Notes: generated by a model not told the origin, from the letters alone. 64,000 bases of DNA from Bacteroidota bacterium (GCA_025059945.1 JANXDC010000011.1:141856-205855); one strand, 5' to 3'. Counted from the stretch's first letter, positions 29,218 through 39,752 are shown. Made by a program: numbers and translations.

Positions 29218-31284
29218 CTACAAAGCCTCCGAAGCGCTTAGGCCGAGCTGCGCCCGGAACCGCTCCGGATCCGTTGTGGGCTCCAGGCAGGTGAAGTTCC
29301 GGCACACGTAGGCCGTGGGTCGGCCTCCGAGCATGCGGCGCCCTCGCAAAAGGGGGATCACCTCAGCTTGGGTGTTCTCCCCCGGACCGTGGGCCAGCAC
29401 CAGATCGGGCAGGTACGCCTGATCGACGATCTGGCGAAGGGGGGCCAGTTCCCCCGCAGGTCCGAGCAGAACGACCTCCCGCAACCCGTAAATGAGCGCA
29501 TCCGAGACGCCCAGCAGGTGCCCAAAGGCGCCCGGATAGCGGCCCATGAGCTCGGCCACGGAGGCGGCCGTTTCGCGGGCGCGCTCTCGCCAAAGAGGCT
29601 CATCCCAGATCGCGGCAAGCCGACACAGGAGCTCGGCGGCCACGGAGGCGCCGGCCGGGGTGGCCTGATCTGTGCGCTCCCGCGGCCTTATAGGAAGGTG
29701 CGGATCGTGATCCGCCAAGGTATCGCAAAAGCCCCCCAGGGCCGTATCCCAGAATTCCGCGCAGAGGGCCTCGGCCAGGGTGCGGGCGCGTTCCAGCCAC
29801 ATCCGATCCCAGGTGGCCTCATATAGACTCAGGGCCGCAAGCCCCAGCCAGGCGTAGTCCTCCAAGAAGCCCAGCTCCAGGCGCTCCCCATGCGTCCAGG
29901 ATCGATACACGCGCCCCCCCTGAACCAAGTGGGTCCACAGGAAGCGCCCGGCCTGCTGCGCCGCTTCAAGCCAATCGGGCCTACCCAGGGCGCGCCCGGC
30001 CTGGGCTAGGGCCAGCACGGCCATGCCGTTCCAGGAGGCCAAGATCTTCTCATCCCGTTCCGGGGCTCGACGCAGGGTGCGCGTCTCTAAAAGCGCTGTG
30101 CGGATGGTTTCGCGCTCGCGGGCCCAGGCGGAGGCCTCCAGACCCTGTAGGGCGGCGAACTCGGCCTCCGTAAAGGGGCGAAAGAGCACGTTGCGGCCCT
30201 CGAAGTTGCCCTCCCTAGAGACCCCGTAGTAGGCCGCCGCGCGCAGGGCGTGCGGACCCAAGACGGCGCGCAACTCCTCCAGCGTCCACGTATAGTATAG
30301 GCCCTCCTGGCCCTCGGAATCCGCGTCTTGAGCGCTAAAGAAGGCGCCCGCTTCATGCCGCATCTCGCGAAGCAGATACGTGAGGGTTTGCTCCAGCACC
30401 CACCGAAACTCGGGCTCTCGGGTAAGCTGCCAGGCCTCTAAATAGGTCCAGGCCAGAAGCGCGTTGTCGTAGAGCATTTTTTCAAAGTGCGGAATCCGCC
30501 AACGCGCGTCCACCGCGTACCGATGAAAGCCGCCGCCGAGCTGATCGTAAATGCCGCCATGGGCCATCTGAATGAGCGAAAAATGGACCATCTGTAAGGC
30601 CTCGGCCCTTTGCGCGCGCCAGCCGTAACGCAACAGAAACCGAAGCGTCATGGCCTGGGGAAACTTGGGGGCCCCGCCAAAGCCTCCATAGCGGGAATCA
30701 AACTGCCGGGCTAGCTCCGCATAGGACCGATCCAGAAGCCCGGGCGAAAGCTCACCTTTGGCCCACCGACGCGCAGCGGCCTCTAAATGCGCCAGAAGCG
30801 TCTGGGCCGCCTCCTGGATGGCCTCCCGACGCGTCCGCCAAGCCGTGGCCACCGCCTCCAGCACCTGTCGGAAAGCGGGTAGCCCAGCGCGCGGCTCTGG
30901 CGGGAAATAGGTGCCTCCGTAAAATGGGGCGCCCTCAGGGGTCAGGAAAACCGTTAGCGGCCACCCCCCATGACCCGTCATGGCCTGCACGGCCTGCATG
31001 TAGACCGCGTCCACATCTGGGCGCTCCTCCCGGTCGACCTTAACGCAGACGAAGTGCGCGTTCATGAGTGCGGCTATGGCCTCGTCTTCAAACGACTCCC
31101 GCTCCATTACATGACACCAGTGGCAGGAGGCGTAGCCGACGGAGAGCAAAATGGGCTTGTCCTCCCGCCGCGCCCGCTCGAAAGCCTCCTCCCCCCAGGG
31201 ATACCAATCAACGGGGTTGTAAGCGTGCTGGCGCAGATACGGGCTTGCGCAGCGGATGAGCCGATTGGGTTGGGCAGAGGACAT
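29218..31284 (-). CDS. Thioredoxin-domain protein, YyaL/DUF255 family
   Basis: [46 protein letters not shown] and AYVCRNFTC; start at ATG 31284. Confidence 0.93.
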   Translation of the reverse strand: MSSAQPNRLIRCASPYLRQHAYNPVDWYPWGEEAFERARREDKPILLSVGYASCHWCHVMERESFEDEAIAALMNAHFVCVKVDREERPDVDAVYMQAVQAMTGHGGWPLTVFLTPEGAPFYGGTYFPPEPRAGLPAFRQVLEAVATAWRTRREAIQEAAQTLLAHLEAAARRWAKGELSPGLLDRSYAELARQFDSRYGGFGGAPKFPQAMTLRFLLRYGWRAQRAEALQMVHFSLIQMAHGGIYDQLGGGFHRYAVDARWRIPHFEKMLYDNALLAWTYLEAWQLTREPEFRWVLEQTLTYLLREMRHEAGAFFSAQDADSEGQEGLYYTWTLEELRAVLGPHALRAAAYYGVSREGNFEGRNVLFRPFTEAEFAALQGLEASAWARERETIRTALLETRTLRRAPERDEKILASWNGMAVLALAQAGRALGRPDWLEAAQQAGRFLWTHLVQGGRVYRSWTHGERLELGFLEDYAWLGLAALSLYEATWDRMWLERARTLAEALCAEFWDTALGGFCDTLADHDPHLPIRPRERTDQATPAGASVAAELLCRLAAIWDEPLWRERARETAASVAELMGRYPGAFGHLLGVSDALIYGLREVVLLGPAGELAPLRQIVDQAYLPDLVLAHGPGENTQAEVIPLLRGRRMLGGRPTAYVCRNFTCLEPTTDPERFRAQLGLSASEAL

Positions 31285-31366
31285 GCGCGCCTTTCGGGTT
31301 TGTTGTATTGACAATGAAAACCCACCAAAGCTCTGAAAGATCCCCGCGCCCGGGTTTGGGGGAAAT

Positions 31367-31431
31367 GTCGATAAGTCGATAAAAAGATTATCAGGTTGCT
31401 TTATCGAGCAATGGACATTATATTGTTGTCC
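31367..31431 (+). promoter_or_regulatory. Promoter of the cba operon with overlapping repeats
   Basis: TTGCTT(31396-31401)-17-TATATT(31419-31424); GTCGATAA direct repeat and inverted repeats across it. Confidence 0.55.
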
Positions 31432-31457
31432 GAAGGCAATATGAGGAGGCAGAGCCT

Positions 31458-31571
31458 ATGTCGGAGGAGTCCTTCTATCCGAAAGGCGCGCTCGCTTTTC
31501 TAGGGGCGCTGCTTGCGTTTTTCGCCCTCTTGTGGTTTGTGCTCTACTTCGAGATCCTAGCCAGGGGGTAA
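31458..31571 (+). CDS. cbaD: ba3-type cytochrome c oxidase subunit IIa (37 aa, absent from ORF track)
   Basis: MSEESFYPKGALAFLGALLAFFALLWFVLYFEILARG*, with the PKGAL...W...Y...ARG pattern of Thermus subunit IIa; GAGGAGG RBS upstream. Confidence 0.88.
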   Translation: MSEESFYPKGALAFLGALLAFFALLWFVLYFEILARG

Positions 31572-31577
31572 GAGGCC

Positions 31578-32084
31578 ATGGACCGCGCCGAACGCCTGAC
31601 TTTGGGGTTCAGTTTGGGCCTGTTAGGGCTTTTCTTCATAGCCGTCGTATACGCTTCGGCGGGCCGCAACGTCGGGGTGCCCACTTGCATTGTGGACCGG
31701 GAGCCTTTCGAGCGCGATACGCTCTTTGAGCGCCAGCCCGGGGTCTATGAGCTGCAGATGATCGCTCGGATGTGGGAGTTTCGTCCGGGGGAAATCCGGT
31801 TGCCCCCTGGTTCTACGGTGGATCTATACCTGACGTCGCTGGACGTGATCCACGGCTTTATGATCGAGGACGAGACGGCCAGCAAAGCCCACATGCGCCT
31901 TCCCGCGCTCATGGCCGTGGCGGTTCCCCGTTATACGGGCCAAAACGTAAACCTGATGGCCGTGCCCGGGGCGGTGACCTACGCGCGGGTGCGCTTCGAC
32001 CGGCCGGGCCGCTACAAGATCGTCTGTCATGAGTACTGCGGCGACAACCACCATTTCATGAACGCCACGATTCTCGTCCAATAG
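31578..32084 (+). CDS. cbaB: ba3-type cytochrome c oxidase subunit II (CuA)
   Basis: Single TM, DVIHGF and CuA motif CHEYCGDNHHFM. Confidence 0.92.
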   Translation: MDRAERLTLGFSLGLLGLFFIAVVYASAGRNVGVPTCIVDREPFERDTLFERQPGVYELQMIARMWEFRPGEIRLPPGSTVDLYLTSLDVIHGFMIEDETASKAHMRLPALMAVAVPRYTGQNVNLMAVPGAVTYARVRFDRPGRYKIVCHEYCGDNHHFMNATILVQ

Positions 32085-32095
32085 GAGGGACGGCC

Positions 32096-33781
32096 ATGCG
32101 CATGGTTTTAACGCGAAGCGAACGTCGGCTATTGCTCTTAGAGCTGCTTTATCCCCTCGTGTTGCTCGCCATGGGCGTCTATGGGGGGCTTATGCAGACC
32201 CTCATGCGCGCCGGGATCGTGCAACGGGATCCGTTCTTGGGCCCGAATTACTATCAGGGGCTCACCCTGCATGGGGTCTTCAACGCGATCGTCTTTACGA
32301 CCTTCTTTGCTGTGGCCTTTGGAAATGCGCTCATACCCTATGCCCTGGGCAAACGCCTCAAGCTGCGTTGGGCTTGGCTGTCGGCCTTGCTCATGGTGTT
32401 GGGTTCTTTGATGGCGGCCGCGGCGATCTTCGCCGGGCGGGCCTCGGTGCTTTACACCTTTTATCCGCCGCTTAAGGCGCATCCGGCCTTTTACCTGGGC
32501 CTGACCTTGCTTGTGGTGGGATCCTGGGTGGCGTTTTTCAACTGGATTCCCCTGTATCTGGGGTGGCGTCGCGAAAACCCGGACCAGAAGACGCCCCTGG
32601 CCGTAGTGGGTATGCTCGCGACCTTTATCGTGTGGCTGATCGCCACTTCGGCTGTGGCCGTGGAGATCCTGTTTTTGCTGCTTCCATGGTCCTTGGGTTG
32701 GACGCAGGAGGTGAACGTGATGCTGGCCCGTACGCTTTTTTGGTTCTTCGGGCACCCGCTGGTCTATTTCTGGCTGCTTCCGGCCTATGTGATGTACTAC
32801 ACCATGCTGCCCAAGTTGGCCGGCGGGAAGCTGTACTCAGACGCGGCGGGTCGGCTTGTGTTTTTGCTCTTCATCGTTTTCTCCATTCCCGTCGGCACGC
32901 ACCATCAGTACATGGACCCTGCAATCGGGGCCAATTGGAAGCTCTTGCACGCCTTTTTCACGTTCGCCGTGGCGCTTCCGAGCTTGATCACGGCCTTTAG
33001 CGTGGCCGCCTCGCTGGAGTACGCCGGGCGCTTGCGCGGGGCGCGCGGGCTTTTCGGCTGGCTCTGGAAGCAACCGTATTTCAGCCGCAAGCAGTGGCTC
33101 TTTAGCTACCTCATAGCGGGCCTGGTCATCTTCATCTTCGGGGGCATTTCGGGCATCATCAACGCCTCCTATGGCATGAATGCGGCCGTACACAATACCT
33201 CTTGGGTGCCTGGGCATTTTCACATGACCGTGGCCGGCCCCGTGCTGTTGGCCTTTTTGGGGATGAGCCTCTACCTGCTTGGCCAGGCCTCGGGTAAAGA
33301 GGTGCGTTTTACGGGCCTGGCTGTGGCCGCTCCGTGGACGTGGCTTGTGGGGGTTTTGCTTTTCTCCTTCGCCATGAGCCGTGGGGGCCTGTTGGGCATG
33401 CCGCGGCGCACGAACATGGGCGTAACGTACCTCAACCCCAGTAGCCCCTTTTACCGGGAGGACTGGGTCCTGTGGGCCGATATGGCCGTGGTGGGCGGGG
33501 TGATCATGACGCTGGCCTTTGTGCTGTATCTGATCAGCTTCCTTGGCACCCTCATGGCCCGGCCGGCGGCTGAACCCGCTTTGGTCTTTCCGCTGGCGGA
33601 GGCGTATCACGATGAACCGGTGCGGGCGCTAGCCAACTTCCGGCCCTGGATCGTAGCGGCTCTGATCCTGATCGTGATCGCCTACACGCCCGTGATCTGG
33701 GATGTGCTCCGCAGCACATACGAAAACGCCCCGCCATATTTGCCCGGTAGCCCACTACCGGTACAGCCTACTGGACGCTGA
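32096..33781 (+). CDS. cbaA: ba3-type (B-family) cytochrome c oxidase subunit I
   Basis: YYQGLTLHG, LYTFYPPL, FWFFGHPLVYFWLLPAY, HHQY, HNTSWVPGHFH and GMPRR. Confidence 0.95.
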   Translation: MRMVLTRSERRLLLLELLYPLVLLAMGVYGGLMQTLMRAGIVQRDPFLGPNYYQGLTLHGVFNAIVFTTFFAVAFGNALIPYALGKRLKLRWAWLSALLMVLGSLMAAAAIFAGRASVLYTFYPPLKAHPAFYLGLTLLVVGSWVAFFNWIPLYLGWRRENPDQKTPLAVVGMLATFIVWLIATSAVAVEILFLLLPWSLGWTQEVNVMLARTLFWFFGHPLVYFWLLPAYVMYYTMLPKLAGGKLYSDAAGRLVFLLFIVFSIPVGTHHQYMDPAIGANWKLLHAFFTFAVALPSLITAFSVAASLEYAGRLRGARGLFGWLWKQPYFSRKQWLFSYLIAGLVIFIFGGISGIINASYGMNAAVHNTSWVPGHFHMTVAGPVLLAFLGMSLYLLGQASGKEVRFTGLAVAAPWTWLVGVLLFSFAMSRGGLLGMPRRTNMGVTYLNPSSPFYREDWVLWADMAVVGGVIMTLAFVLYLISFLGTLMARPAAEPALVFPLAEAYHDEPVRALANFRPWIVAALILIVIAYTPVIWDVLRSTYENAPPYLPGSPLPVQPTGR

Positions 33782-33787
33782 TTGACG

Positions 33788-34384
33788 ATGAGCCGCTTGC
33801 GATGGATAATCGGGTTTGCGCTCCTTGGAGCCTGCGCAAGGCCGGCTGTGGAAGCGGATCTGTCGCGCCGGCCCGTGCGACTCCTGGACCAGGATAGCCT
33901 CCCTGTGCGTCTGCCCGAGGCGCTAAACGGAGGGCCAGCCCTTTTGGGGTACATCTACACGCACTGTCCGGATATCTGCCCCATGATCACGGAGCGCATG
34001 ATCCAGATCGCTCAGCGGATCCCGGATTCCGTGCGGATCCGTTATGTGCTGATCAGCCTGGATCCGGAGCGCGATCGCCCGTATAAACTCCGGCGATACG
34101 CCGAGCTCTACGGGTTGAGAGGGCCCGCCTGGTGGCTGCTAACCGGCTCAGAGGCCGAAATCCAGGCCCTTTTGGATCAGGTGGGCGTGCTCCGGCGCCG
34201 GGGCTGGACGCGCTTTGCCGAAAACGGGGAGCCGATTTACTTCATCGACCATACGGACCGCGTCAGCCTTCTGGACGCGAAGGGTCGCGTGCGGCGGCAT
34301 TACGAGGGCACCCGGGCTGATCCGGAGCGCGTCCGGCGCGACGTGCTCTTTCTGTGGCGAGAGCAAAGGGAGCAGGCCTTATGA
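33788..34384 (+). CDS. SCO family copper chaperone
   Basis: YTHCPDICP, SLDPERD and IDHTD; lipobox LGAC. Confidence 0.92.
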   Translation: MSRLRWIIGFALLGACARPAVEADLSRRPVRLLDQDSLPVRLPEALNGGPALLGYIYTHCPDICPMITERMIQIAQRIPDSVRIRYVLISLDPERDRPYKLRRYAELYGLRGPAWWLLTGSEAEIQALLDQVGVLRRRGWTRFAENGEPIYFIDHTDRVSLLDAKGRVRRHYEGTRADPERVRRDVLFLWREQREQAL

Positions 34385-34818
34385 TCCGACTAGCCCCCTT
34401 ACTAACCTTTGCGGCGGTTTTGATGGCGCAGCAGGCGCATCGCCTGCATTTTCAGGATCCCTGGGCGCGGCCCGCTCCAAGCGGGGGCAATAGCGCCCTG
34501 TATGGGCGCCTGCACAACACGCAGGCTGCGGCCGATACCTTGCGTGCGGCATATGCGGAGGTGGCCGCGCGCGTGGAGCTGCATCGCACCGTGAGCGCGG
34601 CGGGCGGGATGCGGCGCATGGAGCCGGTGCCCTACATCGCGCTGCCGGCCGGCTCTACGGTGGAGCTCGTCCCAGGGGGGCTGCATGTGATGCTCATCGG
34701 GCTTAAGCGCGCCCTCCGGGCCGGAGATACGGTGACGGTGGAGCTGGAATTTGCGCGGGCAGGTCGGGTGCGCCTGCGGGCGCCCGTCCGCGCCTTAGCT
34801 CCTGAGCGCGCCAGATGA
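34381..34818 (+). CDS. PCu(A)C periplasmic copper chaperone
   Basis: DPWAR, VELH..GGMRRM and PGGLHVMLIGL. Confidence 0.9.
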   Translation: MIRLAPLLTFAAVLMAQQAHRLHFQDPWARPAPSGGNSALYGRLHNTQAAADTLRAAYAEVAARVELHRTVSAAGGMRRMEPVPYIALPAGSTVELVPGGLHVMLIGLKRALRAGDTVTVELEFARAGRVRLRAPVRALAPERAR

Positions 34819-34822
34819 GGGC

Positions 34823-36478
34823 CTAAGCCGGCTCAAGGGGAGGCAGTAGCACACCCGGCGCCAGGCGCTCAAAAGGATCCAAGGCCCGCTTGACGGCCCA
34901 CATCTGGGCCAGCGCGTCCGGGCCCCAAAAGCGCGCCAGAAGGGCTTGTTTGACGGGATTGCGGCCCACGCCGTGCTCCGAAAGGGGGCATCCGCCGCGG
35001 GCGCGCACCCAATCTCCGAGCTCCAGCAGGGCCTCATAACCAAGGCGCACCTCGGCGGCCGTGCGGGGCAAGCCGTTAGGATGCAGGTTGCCGTCGGAGA
35101 CATGCCCCCAGATGGCCGCCTCTAGACCCCGTCGTGCAAAGGCCCGCTGACAGGCCCGATAGCAGTCCTCTAGCTCTGCTACAGGAACAATCAGGTCCCC
35201 GCCGATTTTGCGCACCTCGGGGTCCTGGGCGCGGCGGCGGCCGAGGAGTTCGTTGACCGTCTGGGGGGCGGCTTCTCGGAAGGCGACGAGCTCCGCGCTT
35301 CGGACCGGATCGTCGCTGAGCGCCCACTCGGCCGCTTCCACATCGGCCCCCGCGGCGACGATGACGTCCCATAGGCGTCCGAGGGGGTCGCGATCTCCCA
35401 AAGTCCCGGCAAGCCATCGCCCGTAGCGTTCGGCTAGCTCCTCCGTGTGCAGGCTCTCTGAGAGCTCCGCCTCCACCAGCACGGCGGCCTGAGCCCACGA
35501 TGGCACCCGAAGCCGCCAGCGTTCGCTCTGGGGCCGCAGCAGCTTCAGGCAAGCGGCATCCAGTAACTCGATTGCGCGCACATCCGCGCCGGCTTCTCCG
35601 GATCGAGTCTTCAGGGCCAGGTCGCGCAGCGAGGCCGAGAGCCGAAAAGCCTGCGCCGTGGAGCGCAAAAACAGCAGCCCCGTTAGCACCGAGGGCGGAA
35701 GCGATACGACCCGCACCACGAGGCCCGTGATCACGCCCAGCGTGCCCTCGGAGCCGATAAAGAGGTCCACGAGGTCCAGCGGATCGGACCCGTAATATCC
35801 GGCCGAGATTTTCTTAAGCGGCGGGGTCTGGTATGTGGGCACGGGGACTTCAAGGCGGGATCCGCAGGAGAGCGTGATCTCGAAACGCTGACCCGGCCGG
35901 GCCACGGCTTGGCCCCGCCACAGCTCAAGCAGGTCGCCGTTATACAAGATCACGCGCAGGCCCTCGATCCAATCCCGGGTAGAGCCGTACTTAAAGGTGG
36001 CGGCCCCGCCGGCGTTCGTGGCGGCCGTGCCCCCCAGGCAGGCCTCCTGGTAAGTGGGCACGGGGGGATAGTACCAGCCGCGCTCTGCAAGGTGCTCCTG
36101 CAGCTGGCGCAACCGGACCCCGGGCTCGACGAACAAGCGCGCCTCCGTGGCGCTTACGCGCTCCAAGCGTCCGATCGCGCTCAGGCGCTCCACGGAGAGG
36201 ATAACCTCCCCCTGCGGCACGGCCCCGCCCGTAAGGGAGCTGCGCCCCGCCTGGGGCAGCACGGGAACGGGAAGCCGCCTTGAGCCAGGTACGGGCTTCT
36301 GGAGTGTGCCTCTTAAGAAAGCCGCCACCTCGGCCTCCGAGGCGGGCCGCACCAGTCCCAAAGCCCAGGCCGGACCGAAGCCCGAGGCGTCCGCCAAGTA
36401 GGCCCCTATGCGGTCCGGATCCCGCACCAGGTCAGGCGGAGGGATCTCAGACGGGGCAGCGGTTTGCAAAGGGTTCAT
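34823..36478 (-). CDS. FAD-binding oxidoreductase (GlcD/D-lactate dehydrogenase-like)
   Basis: GRSSLTGGAVP, GGTAATNAGG..KYGSTRD, IGSEGTLGVIT, GHVSDGNLH and SEHGVG; start at ATG 36478. Confidence 0.88.
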   Translation of the reverse strand: MNPLQTAAPSEIPPPDLVRDPDRIGAYLADASGFGPAWALGLVRPASEAEVAAFLRGTLQKPVPGSRRLPVPVLPQAGRSSLTGGAVPQGEVILSVERLSAIGRLERVSATEARLFVEPGVRLRQLQEHLAERGWYYPPVPTYQEACLGGTAATNAGGAATFKYGSTRDWIEGLRVILYNGDLLELWRGQAVARPGQRFEITLSCGSRLEVPVPTYQTPPLKKISAGYYGSDPLDLVDLFIGSEGTLGVITGLVVRVVSLPPSVLTGLLFLRSTAQAFRLSASLRDLALKTRSGEAGADVRAIELLDAACLKLLRPQSERWRLRVPSWAQAAVLVEAELSESLHTEELAERYGRWLAGTLGDRDPLGRLWDVIVAAGADVEAAEWALSDDPVRSAELVAFREAAPQTVNELLGRRRAQDPEVRKIGGDLIVPVAELEDCYRACQRAFARRGLEAAIWGHVSDGNLHPNGLPRTAAEVRLGYEALLELGDWVRARGGCPLSEHGVGRNPVKQALLARFWGPDALAQMWAVKRALDPFERLAPGVLLPPLEPA

Positions 36479-38478
36479 TCGGCGATCAGATATACGCGCA
36501 GGGCTAGATCTCCCGGCAGTATGCGATCCAAGGCCTCCAGTCCCGTCAGAACGCGTCCGAAAGCGGTGTAGCGGCCGTCCAAATGCGGCTGAGCGCTGTG
36601 GCAGATAAAGTACTGACTGCCCTCGGTGTCCTTGCCCGCGCTGGCCATGCCCACGGTGCCGCGTTCGAAGCGCAGCCGTCCGAATTCGCTGCGAATCGCG
36701 TAGTCCGGTCCGCCCCATCCGTCGCCGCGCCGGAAATCGCCACCTTGCACGACGAAGTTTGAGACCACGCGATGAAACGGCACCCCGTCAAGGCGACCAG
36801 AGCGAGCCAGTTGAAGGAAATTCCACACCGTAAAAGGCGCCTGATCCGGATAGAGCTCTACGATCAACTCGCCGCGTGGGGTCTTGATCGCGACCCGGGG
36901 TCTGCGGCCGAGCAGGGGAAAGACCTCCTCGGCTTGATATACCGGACTCAGAGGCGATGGGCGAGGCGCTGAGACAGCCCGGCCCGTTAGGGCAGCGATG
37001 CCGGAAGCGGCTAGGTGTGCGATCACGGGGCTAGGATCCCGGCTAAGCGGTTCCAAGACCGAGACAGCCTCAGGCGCTCGCAGACGCACAAGCGCCCGGA
37101 TCAGGGCCTCCATGGGCTCTACGTCCTGTGGGGTTTTTAGGCTCTCTAGCAGGCGCAGGAGTTCAGGCACGAGCCTACGACCCAGTAGGGTATCGGAAGC
37201 TGCGGCCTGCGCGGCCAGGGTCATAAGGGCGAGATCCCGGGAAAGAAGCGCCTCGCGGTAAAGCTCCAAGGCCTGGGGCGCAGGTAGCCAGCCCGCCTCG
37301 CGTTGTCGGCGTAGGGCCGTAAAGAGGGCGTTGCGCACCACGGCCGATCCGGAGGCGCGAAGCTGGATCCGCCAGGATCGCAATAGCCGGGTGCGGGCCT
37401 CCGGATGCTCGATGCGGCTTAAGGCCTCAGCTAGGCGAGCTTGAAGAAACGGATGGGGGATCCTGTGGAGCGCTTGCGCGATGCGAAGGGCCTCTGCGGG
37501 TGCGTGCGCAGCCAGGGCCACAAGGAGCGTTCCGCGCTCCCAGGGCTCTAGTTGGGGCTCCCGAAGACGGGCCCGCAGAAGGGCCAGCATGGACTCAGGA
37601 GCCCGCCCCGGAGCCTCCGCTAGCGCCTCCAAGGCGACCAAGCGTACGTGCGCGCTTCGGTCCCCAAGAGCCCTCGAGACCTCCTCCCACGGGAAGGGTT
37701 GGATCTGGGCTAAGGCCCGAACGGTCTCCACGCGCACCCGCCAATCCGGATGTTTCAGGACGCGTACAAGGCGGTGGCGATCCTCCGGTTGCACCAGACG
37801 GCCCAGGGCCCGCACCAGGTACCCGGTAGCCTCTTCAGGGCCCGAAGTATCGCTTTCCAATATGCGCCAGAGCAGAGGGGCTTGCTCTGACCAAGCCCCC
37901 AAGGGAGCGCGGCTAAAGTAGTAGGCCGCAGCCCGCCGGGCCTCGGGGTGGGGGTGAGCAAGCCCGCCCAGGGCCGCGCGCGCGGCCTCTGGACTGGAGA
38001 CCCCGCGAAGTCCAGCGCGCGCGATCGCCCAGAGCCAGGCCACGGTATCGGCCGGCTCCGGGGGAGTCCAGCGCACAAGCTGCCCCAGGGCTACTGCGTC
38101 CGCGCACTTGCCGATCGCCTCCAGCAAGGTGGCCCGCACCGCGGAGGAGGGCTCTTGCAGCAAGCGATTCCATAGAGCTCCAGCGGCCCGGGCGGAGAAG
38201 AGCTGACCCAGGGCGAAGGCCGCTTCTTGCCGCACCTCGGGGTGAGGATCCTCAAGAGCCTTTCCGAGGGCGGGCAGCGCAACCGTATCCTGCAGGCTGG
38301 CCAGGGCGAAAGCCGCGCGGGCGCGTACGCGCGGTTCCGGATGCTCTAGGACGGCTAGCAAGGTTGGCAGATGGCGCGCATCTTGGGCCCTTAGCACGTC
38401 TAGTAAAGGGTCCGCGTTTTGCCCCCAAAGCCGCAAGGCGGTAGATACGAGCAGGACCCCTGTTAGCAGCGTCCGCAT
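36475..38478 (-). CDS. HEAT-repeat protein with C-terminal cyclophilin-type PPIase domain
   Basis: Signal peptide from ATG 38478, VR..AAFALG HEAT repeats, FHRVVSNFVVQGGD..GMASAGKDTEGSQYFI..HLDGRYT. Confidence 0.9.
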   Translation of the reverse strand: MRTLLTGVLLVSTALRLWGQNADPLLDVLRAQDARHLPTLLAVLEHPEPRVRARAAFALASLQDTVALPALGKALEDPHPEVRQEAAFALGQLFSARAAGALWNRLLQEPSSAVRATLLEAIGKCADAVALGQLVRWTPPEPADTVAWLWAIARAGLRGVSSPEAARAALGGLAHPHPEARRAAAYYFSRAPLGAWSEQAPLLWRILESDTSGPEEATGYLVRALGRLVQPEDRHRLVRVLKHPDWRVRVETVRALAQIQPFPWEEVSRALGDRSAHVRLVALEALAEAPGRAPESMLALLRARLREPQLEPWERGTLLVALAAHAPAEALRIAQALHRIPHPFLQARLAEALSRIEHPEARTRLLRSWRIQLRASGSAVVRNALFTALRRQREAGWLPAPQALELYREALLSRDLALMTLAAQAAASDTLLGRRLVPELLRLLESLKTPQDVEPMEALIRALVRLRAPEAVSVLEPLSRDPSPVIAHLAASGIAALTGRAVSAPRPSPLSPVYQAEEVFPLLGRRPRVAIKTPRGELIVELYPDQAPFTVWNFLQLARSGRLDGVPFHRVVSNFVVQGGDFRRGDGWGGPDYAIRSEFGRLRFERGTVGMASAGKDTEGSQYFICHSAQPHLDGRYTAFGRVLTGLEALDRILPGDLALRVYLIAE

Positions 38479-38789
38479 ATGACGTGTGCGCCTCCCATCA
38501 GCCGAGTGAAGTTGGCGCAAAGCGATCGGAGCGGGCAAGTCGGCCTCAGACCTTCGCATTCTGTGCATCTCCAGGGAAGCGGTTCAGCGTGGGTTTCGGA
38601 GCGGCATAGTTCCGCTCGATGCGTATGTCGATGTGTATGAGCCCGTCGACCGCCACGCTACCGTTGTGCTCTTTTCGGATTGGATACAGACCGGAAAGCG
38701 GGCCTTTTCTTTCCGATGGATGCCCAGCTCAGGGTGTAGGCGGGCGCTATAGCTCGCTGCACGCCGACCTGCGGGCTAAGGACGTCCCG

Positions 38790-39752
38790 CTACGGAAGGG
38801 TCTCAGGCTTTGGCATGCCCGCCAGCAGGTACAAGACAGCCATGCGCACGGCCACTCCGTTGGTGACCTGATCTAGGATCACGGCCTGAGGGGAGTCGGC
38901 CACCTCGTCGGCCAGCTCCACGCCTCGGTTGATAGGGCCCGGGTGTAGGATGACGAGATCGGGGTAGCGCTCTAGGTGTTCGGCTCGGATGCCGTAGGTG
39001 AAGTGGTATTCCCGAAGGCTCGGCAAAAGACCGGACTGCTGGCGTTCGCGCTGCAGGCGCAGCGCGATCACGGCGTGGGCCCCTTTCAAGGCCTCCTCTA
39101 GGTTCGTGGTGACGTCTACGCCCAGCGTTTCGATTCCCGCAGGAAGCAGCGTAGGGGGGCCGCAGACGATCACGGAGGCCCCCAGCTTGCGCAGCCCGTG
39201 GATGTTGGAGCGCGCCACGCGGCTGTGCGCGATGTCCCCGACGATAGCCACCCGCAGCCCCCTGATGCGTCCGAAGCGCTCCTGCAGCGTGTAGAGGTCC
39301 AATAGCGCCTGTGTGGGATGCTCGTGGGCCCCGTCGCCGGCGTTGATGATCTGGGCTGACGTCCAGCGCGCTAGCTGATGCGGTACGCCAGAGGCCCAAT
39401 GCCGGACGACGAGCATGTCGATCTTCATCGCCTCCAGGTTTCGGGCCGTATCGCGCAGCGTCTCGCCTTTGGACAGGCTGGAGCCCGCAGCCTGAAAGGA
39501 GACCACATCGGCCGACAGGCGGCGTTCGGCGAGCTCGAAGGAGATCCGCGTGCGCGTGGAGGGTTCAAAAAACAGGTTGACGACGGTGCGATCGCGCAGC
39601 GTGGGCACTTTTTTAACGGGCCGCTCCAGTATCTGGCGAAAGTACCGGGCCGCCTCCAAGATGAGCTCGATCTCGGCGGCCGAGTAGTCCTCTAGCCCCA
39701 GCAGATGCCGGTGTTCCAGGTGCGTAAGGGGGGCGACAGCTTGAGCGTGCAT
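38790..39752 (-). CDS. pyrB: Aspartate carbamoyltransferase catalytic subunit
   Basis: FFEPSTRTRISF, NAGDGAHEHPTQ, RLQRER and HPGPINRGVE. Confidence 0.96.
   Translation of the reverse strand: MHAQAVAPLTHLEHRHLLGLEDYSAAEIELILEAARYFRQILERPVKKVPTLRDRTVVNLFFEPSTRTRISFELAERRLSADVVSFQAAGSSLSKGETLRDTARNLEAMKIDMLVVRHWASGVPHQLARWTSAQIINAGDGAHEHPTQALLDLYTLQERFGRIRGLRVAIVGDIAHSRVARSNIHGLRKLGASVIVCGPPTLLPAGIETLGVDVTTNLEEALKGAHAVIALRLQRERQQSGLLPSLREYHFTYGIRAEHLERYPDLVILHPGPINRGVELADEVADSPQAVILDQVTNGVAVRMAVLYLLAGMPKPETLP

Noticed and set aside
36475..38478. HEAT-repeat/cyclophilin fusion as a novelty
   Set aside because: This architecture is already familiar from Bacteroidota-type genomes.
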